From positions 1 through 56,053 of the forward strand of contig JANLOX010000374.1 of NCBI GenBank assembly GCA_031366795.1: DNA of 56,053 nt. The letters are read 5' to 3'. Within the stretch, counting starts at the first letter, position 1, and every line of letters starts with the position of its first letter. Shown piece by piece: positions 40,515 to 49,749 of this stretch. The notes beneath the pieces were generated by a model. That model searched no databases. It was not told the DNA's origin and saw only the letters and a program-made list of their open reading frames with translations. Source of the stretch: Candidatus Eiseniibacteriota bacterium. Its GTDB lineage: Bacteria > Eisenbacteria > RBG-16-71-46. Made by a program: the position numbers and the translations under genes.

Positions 40515-42326
40515 ATGACGCTTGACCCCGCATCGATCCGTTCCATCCTGGCCACCGATTGTGGCTCCACCACCACCAAGGCCATCCTCATCGAGCGGCA
40601 GGGCGACAGCTACCGCCTCGTTGTTCGCGGCGAGGCGCCGACCACGGTCGAGGCGCCGTTCGAGGACGTGACACGCGGCGTGCTGAACGCCGTTCGCGAG
40701 ATCGAGGAGTTGGCCGGGCGCCGGATCCTCGATGGTGACCACATCATCTCGCCGCAGGTGGGCAACGAAGGCGTGGACCTCTACCTGTCCACCTCGAGCG
40801 CCGGCGGTGGCCTGCAGATGATGGTGTCAGGGCTCGTGCTCCAGATGACGGGCGAGAGCGCCCAGCGCGCAGCCCTCGGGGCCGGCGCCATCGTAATGGA
40901 TGTGATCGCGCTCAACGACGGACGCCGCCCGCACGAGAAGATCCGCCGCCTGCGCCAGTTGCGGCCTGACATGATCCTGCTGTCGGGCGGCACCGATGGC
41001 GGCGACGTGAAGCGCGTCGCGGAGATGGCGGAACTGATCGTGGCCGCCGATCCCAAGGCGCGGCTGGGTTCCGACTACCAGTTGCCGGTCATTTACGCGG
41101 GCAACGCCGCGGCCGCCGATGTGGTGCGCGAATGCCTCGAGAAGCGCACGGCCCTGAGCGTGGTGCCGAACCTGCGCCCGACGCTCGAGCGCGAAAACCT
41201 GAAGCCGGCCCGCGACGCCATCCATGACCTGTTCATGGAGCACGTCATGGCGCACGCCCCGGGGTACAAGAAGCTGATGACGTGGTCGCCCGTGCCGATC
41301 ATGCCGACGCCGGGTGCCGTCGGCATCATCATCGAGAAAGTCGCCAAGCGGGATGGCATGGCCGTCGTCGGCGTCGACATCGGCGGTGCCACGACCGACG
41401 TGTTCTCGGTGTTCCAGGATGTCTTCAACCGCACGGTGTCCGCGAATCTCGGCATGAGCTACTCGGTCTCGAACGTGATGGCCGAGGCCGGCATCGAGAA
41501 CATCCTGCGCTGGGTGCCGTTCCCGGTGGATGAAGTGGAATTGCGCAACCGCATCAAGAACAAGATGATCCGCCCGACGACCATTCCGCAATCGCTCGAG
41601 GACCTGGTGATCGAACAGGCCATCGCGCGTGAAGCGCTGCGACTGGCATTCGAGCAGCACAAGGCGCTGGCGGTCGGGCTCAAGGGCGTCCAGACCGAGC
41701 GCACCATCTCGGACATCATGAACCAGTCGGAAACGGGCTCCACCCTCGTCAACCTGCTCGATCTGGGATTGCTCGTCGGTTCGGGCGGCGTACTCTCGCA
41801 CGCGCCGCGGCGATCGCAGGCGGCGCTGATGATGATCGACGCCTTCCTGCCCGAAGGTCTCACGCACCTGGCGGTCGACAGTATCTTCATGGCGCCGCAG
41901 CTCGGCGTGCTCTCGACGGTGCATGAGGCCGCCGCCGCCGAAGTGTTCGAACGCGATTGCCTGATCCGGCTGGGAGCGGTGCTCGCCCCGATCGGTTCGG
42001 CGAAGCAGGGGCAGGCGTGCGTCACTGTAGAACTCACCCGCGCAGGACAGGCGCCGGTCAGCCGCAAGGTCGCGTTCGGCGAGCTGGTCATCCTGCCGTT
42101 GCCGGTGGAGGGTACGATTGAGCTGACCGCCTCCCCTGAACGCAACTTTGACCTGGGGCTGGGGAAGGGGCGCCCGCTGCAGGCGCAAGTGAAGGGCGGC
42201 ACCGTGGGGCTGATTGTCGACACGCGAGGCCGCAGGCCGTTCGTGCTGCCACCGGATCGTGATGAACGCATTGCGCGGCTGCGCGCCTGGAACAAGGCGC
42301 TCGATGCCTATCCGAGAGAGGTCTGA
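40515..42326 (+). CDS. GlmL/MutL (glutamate mutase L) family actin-like ATPase
   Basis: Phosphate-1 TDCGSTTTK, EAPTTVE, SSAGGGL, PDMILLSGGTDGG, IMPTPGAV, phosphate-2 VDIGGATTDVFS, GSGGVLSHAP. Confidence 0.88.
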   Translation: MTLDPASIRSILATDCGSTTTKAILIERQGDSYRLVVRGEAPTTVEAPFEDVTRGVLNAVREIEELAGRRILDGDHIISPQVGNEGVDLYLSTSSAGGGLQMMVSGLVLQMTGESAQRAALGAGAIVMDVIALNDGRRPHEKIRRLRQLRPDMILLSGGTDGGDVKRVAEMAELIVAADPKARLGSDYQLPVIYAGNAAAADVVRECLEKRTALSVVPNLRPTLERENLKPARDAIHDLFMEHVMAHAPGYKKLMTWSPVPIMPTPGAVGIIIEKVAKRDGMAVVGVDIGGATTDVFSVFQDVFNRTVSANLGMSYSVSNVMAEAGIENILRWVPFPVDEVELRNRIKNKMIRPTTIPQSLEDLVIEQAIAREALRLAFEQHKALAVGLKGVQTERTISDIMNQSETGSTLVNLLDLGLLVGSGGVLSHAPRRSQAALMMIDAFLPEGLTHLAVDSIFMAPQLGVLSTVHEAAAAEVFERDCLIRLGAVLAPIGSAKQGQACVTVELTRAGQAPVSRKVAFGELVILPLPVEGTIELTASPERNFDLGLGKGRPLQAQVKGGTVGLIVDTRGRRPFVLPPDRDERIARLRAWNKALDAYPREV

Positions 42327-42328
42327 CG

Positions 42329-43453
42329 ATGGCTCATGCCTATACTCCCGGACTCCGCGTCACGGATTCGGCCACGTTGTTGCGCGAGCGGCGCCTGCCG
42401 CTCAAGGGAACCGTCATGGTCCAGGCGGGCGTCGTGGTGGCGCCCGACACGATCGTCGCGCGCACCGAGCTGCCGGGCAACGTCCAGACGGTGAACCTCG
42501 CCGGCCGCTTGTCGCTCGATCCCGCGCGTGTCGCCGAAGCGTTGTCCAAACCGGTCGGCTCCGCGGTCAAGAAGGGCGAAGTGATCGCCACGGGCAAGAG
42601 CCTGTTCGGCATGATCAAGAACCACGTTGAGTCACCGGCCGACGGTGTGCTCGAAAGCGTATCGCACGTGACGGGGCAGCTGATTCTGCGCGAGCCGCCG
42701 ATCCCCGTTGAGATGAGCGCCTATGTGCGCGGCACCGTGGCCGAGGTGCTGCCGGAAGAGGGCGTGGTCGTGCGCACGCAGGGAGCCTTCGTGCAGGGCA
42801 TCTTTGGCATCGGGGGAGAGACCTTCGGCCCCATCGAGATCGTGGCCTCCGGCCCCGATAAGCCGCTCGAGAAGTCCGCGATCAGTTCAGGGCTGCGCGG
42901 CAAAATCGTGGTCGGCGGCGCATTCGTTTCGTACGACACGGTCATGGCGTGCCGCGATGCCGGAGTCGCCGCGATTGTCGTGGGCGGCTTCGACGACCGT
43001 GACCTGCGGCAATTGCTCGGCCGCGATCTCGGTGTCGCCATCACCGGCTCCGAGGAGCTGGGGATCACGCTGATCCTCACCGAAGGCTTTGGTCACATCC
43101 GCATGGCGGACCGCACCTGGGCGCTGCTCGGGAACCACCACGGACAGGTTGCCGCCGTCAGCGGAGCCACGCAGATCCGCGCCGGCGTCATGCGCCCCGA
43201 AATCATCATTCCCCGGGACGATATGGGGGCGGGTGCGATGGAATCCGAAGGGAGTGGAGCGCTCGAAGTGGGATCGCTGCTCCGCGTCATCCGGGCCCCG
43301 CATTTCGGTCGCATCGCCCGCGCGGTGGCGTTGCCTTCCGAGCTCATGGCGCTCGATTCCGAGGCGTCGGTCCGGGTGGTCGAGGTGGAGTTTGCGGACG
43401 ATTCCACGCGCTCGGTGGTGCCGCGCTCGAACATCGAAAGAATCGCGGAATGA
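42329..43453 (+). CDS. Hypothetical soluble protein with barrel-sandwich-hybrid-like repeats, central alpha/beta domain and C-terminal KOW/SH3-like domain
   Basis: VQAGVVVAPDTIVA, KPVGSAVKKGEVIA, SPADGVL; KIVVGG..GVAAIVVGG, LILTEGFG; LEVGSLLRVIRAPHFG. GAGG RBS. Confidence 0.8.
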   Translation: MAHAYTPGLRVTDSATLLRERRLPLKGTVMVQAGVVVAPDTIVARTELPGNVQTVNLAGRLSLDPARVAEALSKPVGSAVKKGEVIATGKSLFGMIKNHVESPADGVLESVSHVTGQLILREPPIPVEMSAYVRGTVAEVLPEEGVVVRTQGAFVQGIFGIGGETFGPIEIVASGPDKPLEKSAISSGLRGKIVVGGAFVSYDTVMACRDAGVAAIVVGGFDDRDLRQLLGRDLGVAITGSEELGITLILTEGFGHIRMADRTWALLGNHHGQVAAVSGATQIRAGVMRPEIIIPRDDMGAGAMESEGSGALEVGSLLRVIRAPHFGRIARAVALPSELMALDSEASVRVVEVEFADDSTRSVVPRSNIERIAE

Positions 43454-43465
43454 CCGCCTTACGCG

Positions 43466-43495
43466 TTGACACCGCACGAAATGCGTTGCTACGGT
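43466..43495 (+). promoter_or_regulatory. Putative internal sigma70-type promoter before the FN3-DUF6754 gene
   Basis: TTGACA-N18-TACGGT with TG at the extended -10 position. Confidence 0.55.
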
Positions 43496-43584
43496 ACGGC
43501 GTTGTAAATCGCGCAGACGCAGGCGGGGCAGCCCGGCCAGACCGCATCAAACCACTCGTTGGAGTGCCAGCCTTGTCCCAGTCC

Positions 43585-44799
43585 ATGCAGCGGCTGAGCG
43601 TCCGGTGGAGTGGTTGCCTCGTTTTCATGCTGGCACTGGTGCTGGGGCTCGGATTCTTTCACGCGCCCGCCACCGCCCAGGACGCCCTCGAAATCGCGGC
43701 CGATTCGATCCTCCAGGCGCCTGCCCCCGCGAGCGGCCTGCAGGCTGCAGATGTCCCAAATGATGCCGGCCGCGGGATCACGCTGAACTGGAAGGCCTCG
43801 GCTGACGACGTTCGGGGCTCCAAGGTCGTGACCCTTTACTACGTCGACCGTGCGCCGACCCCCGGCGGACCCTGGATGCGCGCCGACTCCGCGATGGCGG
43901 GAACGCTGACCGTGACCGACAAGTCCGGCCGCCGCGACACCGACTATTTCTATCGCATCACGACGGTCGGCCCCGGCGGGCTGACGCCGGCGCTCAGCGT
44001 GACCGGCCCGGTGCGCGCGACCTCGCAGTGGTTTAACAGCACGCGCATGAGTGTGATGGTCTTCACCGTGCTGTTCTTCGCCTTCGTGCTCTACTTCATC
44101 GGCAGCGCGCAAGCGGGCAAGAAGCCGTACGTGCGCCGAATCCCGGGCATCGATGCGATCGAGGAGGCGATCGGCCGTGCCACCGAAATGGGCCGTTCGG
44201 TGCTGTTCGTGCCCGGTGTCACGGACATCGATGACATCCAGACGGTCGCGGGTCTCGTCATTCTCGAGAACGTGGCCAAGGTCACGGCGCGCTACGAGAC
44301 GCCGATCCGCGTCCCGGTGACCTACCCGATCCCGTTCACGATCGCCGAGGAAATGGTCCGCAGCGGCTACATCAACGCCGGCCGCGCCGACCAGTACGAT
44401 CCCGACAGCGTGCGCTTCATCTCGCCCGAACAGTTCGCCTACGTTGCCGCGGTTACCGGGATCATGCTGCGCGACAAGCCGGCGGCCCACATCTTCATGG
44501 GGGCTTTCTTCGCCGAGTCGCTGCTGCTGGCGGAGACCGGGTTCTCGACGGGTGCCATCCAGGTGGCCGGCACGGCGAACGTGCACCAGATGCCGTTCTT
44601 TGTCGTGGCGTGCGATTACACGCTACTCGGCGAAGAGCTGTTCGCAGCCAGCGCCTACCTGTCGGGCGAGCCCAAGTTGGTGGGCAGCCTGAAGGGCGCT
44701 GACTTGATCAAGATCGTGATCATCACGGTGGTGGTCGTGGGCTGTATCCTCGAGTCGTTCGGCATCCACGGGCTGACCCAATGGCTCGTCACTCAGTAG
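43585..44799 (+). CDS. Membrane protein with exported fibronectin type III domain and DUF6754-like domain; start may be 43573, 43585 or 43627
   Basis: Signal peptide ending ATA-Q, FN3 pattern (ITLNW, YYVDR, YFYRI), TM, RRIPGIDAIEEAIGRATEMGR, QFAY, CDYTLLGEELFAASAYLS, final TM. Confidence 0.8.
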   Translation: MQRLSVRWSGCLVFMLALVLGLGFFHAPATAQDALEIAADSILQAPAPASGLQAADVPNDAGRGITLNWKASADDVRGSKVVTLYYVDRAPTPGGPWMRADSAMAGTLTVTDKSGRRDTDYFYRITTVGPGGLTPALSVTGPVRATSQWFNSTRMSVMVFTVLFFAFVLYFIGSAQAGKKPYVRRIPGIDAIEEAIGRATEMGRSVLFVPGVTDIDDIQTVAGLVILENVAKVTARYETPIRVPVTYPIPFTIAEEMVRSGYINAGRADQYDPDSVRFISPEQFAYVAAVTGIMLRDKPAAHIFMGAFFAESLLLAETGFSTGAIQVAGTANVHQMPFFVVACDYTLLGEELFAASAYLSGEPKLVGSLKGADLIKIVIITVVVVGCILESFGIHGLTQWLVTQ

Positions 44800-44809
44800 G
44801 AGACGCCGC

Positions 44810-45472
44810 GTGAAGCGTGAAGTGCCGCTGTTCCTCACCGGTGTGATCGGGCTGTTCATGATCCTGTCGTTTTTCGTCCCACATCACTGGGTCGGAGTGC
44901 CGGCAGATTTCCTTCAGGCCTCCGCCGGCATCGTCGTCGCGTTCGGGTATGGCCTCGGGGCGGTCAACGTGATGACCGTGAATCTCGAAGGCATTTCGCG
45001 TCGCGAATCCGGCTGGCCCTACAAGATCCTGCTCGTCGTCTCCATGCTGGTGACGGTCGCCTTCGGTGTCGCCGACGGCATCCGGCACGGCGGCAGCTTC
45101 CAGACGGATGGCACGGCCTCTCAGTGGATCTACGACAGCATTTACTCGCCGATGACCGCGACGATGTTTGCTTTGCTCGCATTCTTCATTGCTTCCGCAG
45201 CATTCAGGGCGTTCCGCATCCGCACCGTCGAAGCCGGCCTGCTCGCGGTGGCGGCGCTGATCGTGATGCTGGGACGCGTGCCCGTCGGCGACGTGGCAAC
45301 CTCGTGGCTGCCCGAGTGGGCGCGCCTCAGCTCGCTGCAGGACTGGATCATGAACATTCCGCAGAACGCCTCGAAGCGCGCCATCCTGATCGGCGCAGCA
45401 CTGGGCGTGATGGCGACCGGGTTGCGGGTGATCCTCGGCATTGAGCGCTCTTACCTGGGCGGGGAGGACTAG
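44810..45472 (+). CDS. Hypothetical integral membrane protein
   Basis: About 6 TM; TMFALLAFFIASAAFRAFRIR, RAILIGAALG, LGIER. AGGAG RBS. Confidence 0.85.
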   Translation: MKREVPLFLTGVIGLFMILSFFVPHHWVGVPADFLQASAGIVVAFGYGLGAVNVMTVNLEGISRRESGWPYKILLVVSMLVTVAFGVADGIRHGGSFQTDGTASQWIYDSIYSPMTATMFALLAFFIASAAFRAFRIRTVEAGLLAVAALIVMLGRVPVGDVATSWLPEWARLSSLQDWIMNIPQNASKRAILIGAALGVMATGLRVILGIERSYLGGED

Positions 45473-45475
45473 CCG

Positions 45476-46300
45476 ATGCGTTTCGCCGCGTGGCTCGCCA
45501 AGCTGGACCGTCGCTGGATCTTCCTGATCATGGGAATCCTCGTCCTCGAACCGTTGCTGTTTCCGCTGGCGTTGCCGTTGAAGGTGACACCGCCGGTCCA
45601 GGGCTTCGTGGACGCGATCGATCACGTGAAGCCTGGCTCGATCATCCTGATGTCGTGCGACTACGACCCGGGCTCGATCCCCGAGCTCGTACCCATGACG
45701 CGTACGGCCTTCCGGCACTTGATGTCGCGCGACTGCAAGGTCGTGGTGACCTGCCTGTGGCCGGCGGGGCCGGGACTCGTCGACAGCATCATCACCGAGG
45801 TGTCGCGTGAGTTCCCGACGAAGGTGTATGGGCAGGACTGGGTAAACCTGGGCTACCGCGCCGGGCAGGAAGCCGTGATGGTGCAGATGGGCCAGGGCAT
45901 CCAGAACGTGTTCCCGACCGACTTCCACGGTAACCAGTCCCATCTGCTGCCACTCATGCGCAGCGTGCGGGACTATTCGAGTTTCCCACTGCTCGTGAAC
46001 ATTTCCGCCGGACAGCCTGGGACGAAGGAGTGGGTGCAACAGGTGCAGTCGCGCTTCCACTTGCCGATGGTGGCCGGCGTCACGGCCGTCAGCGCGCCCG
46101 AGTACTACCCCTACCTCCAATCCCACCAATTGCTCGGGATGCTCGGCGGAATGGCGGGTGCGGCGGAGTACGAGCTGTCGCGTCATGAAAAGGGTTCGGC
46201 GACCAAGGGTATGGATGCGCAATCGCTCGGGCACATCTTCGTGGCGCTGTGCATCGTCCTCGGCAATGTCATCCAATTCCTGCAGCGGAGGCAGCCGTGA
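45476..46300 (+). CDS. Hypothetical membrane-anchored protein (TM, alpha/beta domain, TM)
   Basis: DRRWIF, DYDPGSIPEL, YGQDWVNLGY, YPY...QLLGMLGGMAGAAEYE, MDAQSLGH. GGAGG RBS. Confidence 0.85.
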   Translation: MRFAAWLAKLDRRWIFLIMGILVLEPLLFPLALPLKVTPPVQGFVDAIDHVKPGSIILMSCDYDPGSIPELVPMTRTAFRHLMSRDCKVVVTCLWPAGPGLVDSIITEVSREFPTKVYGQDWVNLGYRAGQEAVMVQMGQGIQNVFPTDFHGNQSHLLPLMRSVRDYSSFPLLVNISAGQPGTKEWVQQVQSRFHLPMVAGVTAVSAPEYYPYLQSHQLLGMLGGMAGAAEYELSRHEKGSATKGMDAQSLGHIFVALCIVLGNVIQFLQRRQP

Positions 46301-46989
46301 CGTTGCACGTAAGCCACGATCTCGGTACCTGGGTGGCGGCGACACTCACGCTGTTCGTGTTCAGCTTTCTCTACAAGGACAATCCGCTCTACAAGTTCGC
46401 TGAGAACCTGTTCGTGGGCGTGTCCGCGGGCTACCTGATGGTGCAGGCCTACTGGACGACGATCGATTCGAATCTTGTGCGCCCGCTGGTTCAGGCGTTC
46501 CATGGCAAGGGCGTCCATGAAGATCTCCATGGCATGTTCGCGGCACAACAGGGCGACTATCGCGGGTGGCTGCTGATTCCGGCCGTGTTCGGTGTGTTGT
46601 TGTTCGCGCGACTCATCCCGAAGATCAGCTGGCTGTCGCGGCTTTCCCTGGCGCTCATCATCGGCGTCTATGCGGGCCTGAAGACCACGGGTTTCGCCCA
46701 GGGCGACTTCGTGGCCCAGGTGCAGGCGAGCCTTCAGCCATTGTGGAAAGCCGGCGATCTCGGGTTCACCGTCAGCTCGATCCTGTTCACGGTGGGCATC
46801 ATCTCATGCTTGCTGTTCTTCTTCTTCAGCCGCGAGCACAAGGGCGCTCTGGGCGTCGCCTCGAAGACCGGTGTGTATTTCCTGATGGTCGGCTTCGGCG
46901 CGGGCTATGGTTATACGGTGATGTCGCGTATCTCACTGTTGATCGGGCGCTACCAGTTCCTGCTCGACAACTGGCTCGGGCTACGCTGA
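46297..46989 (+). CDS. Hypothetical integral membrane protein
   Basis: FSFLYKDNPLYKFAENLFVGVSAGY, FFFSREH, FLMVGFGAGYGYTVMSR; GTG overlaps the previous stop. Confidence 0.85.
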   Translation: MTLHVSHDLGTWVAATLTLFVFSFLYKDNPLYKFAENLFVGVSAGYLMVQAYWTTIDSNLVRPLVQAFHGKGVHEDLHGMFAAQQGDYRGWLLIPAVFGVLLFARLIPKISWLSRLSLALIIGVYAGLKTTGFAQGDFVAQVQASLQPLWKAGDLGFTVSSILFTVGIISCLLFFFFSREHKGALGVASKTGVYFLMVGFGAGYGYTVMSRISLLIGRYQFLLDNWLGLR

Positions 46990-47039
46990 CGCCCGTGCCG
47001 GGAGCCGCAGCAATGTCCCGCCGCGCCCGCTGACCGCAG

Positions 47040-47870
47040 ATGATCCTTTGGTGTGATGGGGGCCACGAGCCCTTCGAGAACATGCGGCGCGACGAAGTGT
47101 TGCTCGCTCACATGGACAAGGCTGCCGACGGCACGCCTGCAGCCGAACCCATCCTTCGATTGTTCCGCTTCGAGCCACCGGGGATCACGCTGGGTCGCGC
47201 GCAGGACCCCTATCGCACACTCGATCTCGAACGCTGCGCCACCGATGGCGTCAGCTGGGCGGTGCGTCCAACGGGTGGCAGGGCGATCTTCCACGATGAG
47301 GAGTGGACTTACTCGCTGACGTGCCGCATCGCTGATGCCGAGTGGGGAGGCAGCCTCGCTCAGGCGTACACACGGGTCTCGGGTCTCATTCACGCATCAC
47401 TCGCAGCGTTGGGTCTGCCCGTGGCGCTGACCGCGGCGCGTCCGCTCGTGCCCGCGGAGCTTCCGGAGCATGGAGAAGGTGTGGCCACGACGGACCCCGC
47501 GCGTCCGTCCTGCTTCGCCTCGACGGCGCGGCATGAGATCGAACTAGCAGGGCGCAAATTCGTCGGCAGCGCGCAGCGCCGCACCGCCTTCGCGTTGCTG
47601 CAACAGGGCAGCGTCCTGTTGGGCGATTCGCACCTGCGGCTGGCGGACTACCTTTGCGTGGAAGCAGCGGCGCGCGATCGCGTGCGCTCGAGCTTGGCAC
47701 AAAACGCCCGGCCCGGTGGAGCCTGGTTGGGCGCAGACTGGTCATTGGCGAGGTGGGAGCTGTCTCTCGCCGGGGTCTTGGGACCCCGCGTCCGTCGAGT
47801 TTCGGCTTCTGAAGGTGCCTTTCTGTTGACCGCGACCGAGTCACCTTCCTATACTTTCGCGACTTCTTAA
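47040..47870 (+). CDS. Lipoate-protein ligase / octanoyltransferase (LipM/LplA family)
   Basis: ENMRRDE, LRLF, RPTGGRAIFHD, CFAS, GRKFVGSAQRR, LQQGS. Confidence 0.88.
   Translation: MILWCDGGHEPFENMRRDEVLLAHMDKAADGTPAAEPILRLFRFEPPGITLGRAQDPYRTLDLERCATDGVSWAVRPTGGRAIFHDEEWTYSLTCRIADAEWGGSLAQAYTRVSGLIHASLAALGLPVALTAARPLVPAELPEHGEGVATTDPARPSCFASTARHEIELAGRKFVGSAQRRTAFALLQQGSVLLGDSHLRLADYLCVEAAARDRVRSSLAQNARPGGAWLGADWSLARWELSLAGVLGPRVRRVSASEGAFLLTATESPSYTFATS
47826..47855 (+). promoter_or_regulatory. Putative sigma70-type promoter for the peptide ABC operon, inside the 3' end of the ligase gene
   Basis: TTGACC-N18-TATACT. Confidence 0.6.
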
Positions 47871-47901
47871 GTGACCATAGGGCAATGATCCCGGAGGATC
47901 G

Positions 47902-49734
47902 ATGAAGCGTTTGCATGCAATCGAATGGGCTATTGGCGCGGTCGTGCTGGGGGCGCTGCTGACCGCCCTTGCCGGATGCGGTGGCAAGACGACTTCAACG
48001 AGTACCGCGTTCCACGATACGAATCCGCTGCCCGCCGACACCCTGACCTACATGGTGGATGAGATCGGCACCTACGGCGGTCGCTTCGTGATCGGCGAGA
48101 CCATCGGACCGAAGACCTTCAACGGCATGGTCGCAAACGAGACCTCGACGACCGACATCACCCAGCGGATGTTTGCCGCACTCATCGACTTCAACAATCA
48201 CACGCAGCAGGACGTGCCGATGCTCGCCAAGTCCTGGGGTGTCGGTGACGATGGCCTGACGTGGACCTTCCACCTGCGGCGTGGTGCGCAGTTCTCGGAC
48301 GGCCACCCGATCAGGGCCGACGACGTCATGTTCAGTTACGCCGTGGCGTTGGACTCGGTTGTCCACCCGTCTTCGCAGGATGGCCTGACCATGAATGGCA
48401 AGCCGTTCGTGTTCAGCGCGCCCGATTCCTACACCATCGTGGTGAAGACGCCCGGCCCCAACGTGCTGGTGCCCTCGCTGGTCAGCAGCGTGCCGATCAT
48501 CCCGAAGCACATTCTCGAGCCGGTGTTCAAGGCGGGCAATTTCTCTTCGGCGTACAACCTCAACACTTCGCCCGACAGCATCGTCACCAGCGGGCCGTGG
48601 CGCCTCAAGCAGTACGTCCCCGGAGAGAAAACGGTGCTGTCGCGCAACCCCTACTGGTTCGGCGTGGATCCGAAGGGGCAGCGCCTGCCGTACCTCAACG
48701 AGGTCGTGTACTTGAGCGTACCGGACCAGGATGCGCTGGATCTCAAGTTCCGCTCGGGGGAAGTGGATGGAATCGACAACCCGAAGCCGGACAATTACAC
48801 GTGGTACGCCGAGCACCAGAAGGATGCCCACTTTACCCTGATCGACCTGGGGCCACGCCTGAGCACGAACTTCTTCTGGTTCAACCTGAACAAGGTGCGC
48901 AAGCAGCTCCCGAACCGGAAGCTCGGCGACATCTACGTCGACCCCGTGAAGTATGCGTGGTTCAACAATGCGGATTTCCGCCGCGCGGTCTCGATGGCGA
49001 TCGACCGTGATGCCATGGTCACCAGCATCTTCTTTGGGAGCGGCGTCAAGAACTGGTCGACGATGACCCCTGGCAACAAGGTCTGGTACAACCCCAACGT
49101 CAAGCATTACGACAAAGACGTTGAGCAGTCGAAGAAGCTGCTGGCCGGGCTGGGCTGGAAGGACAAAGATGGCGACGGCTTCCTCGAGGACACGCACGGT
49201 CACACCGTCAGCTTCTCGCTCAAGACGAACAGCGACAACCGCATGCGCATCGCGATGGGCAACTTCATCAAGGATGACCTCGCGAAGGTCGGCATCAAGG
49301 TCACGCTGGTGCCGGCGGAGTTCAATACGCTGATCACGAACCTGCGCGAGAATTTCGATTACGAGTCCATGCTGTTGGGGCTCGAGAGCGCCACGCCGCC
49401 CGATCCAGGGCAGGGCGCCAACGTGTGGCGGTCCACAGGCCGCACGCACTACTGGAACATGACGCAGCCACATCCTGAAACGGCAGCCGAGGCGCGGATG
49501 GATGCCTTGATGGACGTGATCGTCTCGACCAACGATTTCTCGAAGCGCAAGGCGGCGTGGAACGAGATTGAGGATACGGTGAACGACCAGGGCTGGATCG
49601 TGTGGCTGCCGACGCTGATACTCAAGATTCCGGTGCGCGACCGCTTCGGCAATCTGCAGCCCTCGGTGATTCCGCACCGTTTGCTGTGGAACATCGATCG
49701 TGTCTTCGTGAAGGAGCATGCGCAGGGCGCGTAG
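47902..49734 (+). CDS. Peptide/nickel ABC transporter substrate-binding lipoprotein (family 5)
   Basis: Lipobox LAGC, PKTFN, LAKSW..DDGLTWTFHLRRGAQFSDGHP, SGPW, RNPYW, FRRAVSMAIDR. Confidence 0.93.
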   Translation: MKRLHAIEWAIGAVVLGALLTALAGCGGKTTSTSTAFHDTNPLPADTLTYMVDEIGTYGGRFVIGETIGPKTFNGMVANETSTTDITQRMFAALIDFNNHTQQDVPMLAKSWGVGDDGLTWTFHLRRGAQFSDGHPIRADDVMFSYAVALDSVVHPSSQDGLTMNGKPFVFSAPDSYTIVVKTPGPNVLVPSLVSSVPIIPKHILEPVFKAGNFSSAYNLNTSPDSIVTSGPWRLKQYVPGEKTVLSRNPYWFGVDPKGQRLPYLNEVVYLSVPDQDALDLKFRSGEVDGIDNPKPDNYTWYAEHQKDAHFTLIDLGPRLSTNFFWFNLNKVRKQLPNRKLGDIYVDPVKYAWFNNADFRRAVSMAIDRDAMVTSIFFGSGVKNWSTMTPGNKVWYNPNVKHYDKDVEQSKKLLAGLGWKDKDGDGFLEDTHGHTVSFSLKTNSDNRMRIAMGNFIKDDLAKVGIKVTLVPAEFNTLITNLRENFDYESMLLGLESATPPDPGQGANVWRSTGRTHYWNMTQPHPETAAEARMDALMDVIVSTNDFSKRKAAWNEIEDTVNDQGWIVWLPTLILKIPVRDRFGNLQPSVIPHRLLWNIDRVFVKEHAQGA

Positions 49735-49749
49735 GCCTTCGAGCGATCG

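Noticed and set aside
43450..43572. N-terminal extension of the FN3-DUF6754 ORF in the ORF track
   Set aside because: The segment contains a good promoter candidate and lies before the signal peptide, so the true start is probably 43573-43627.
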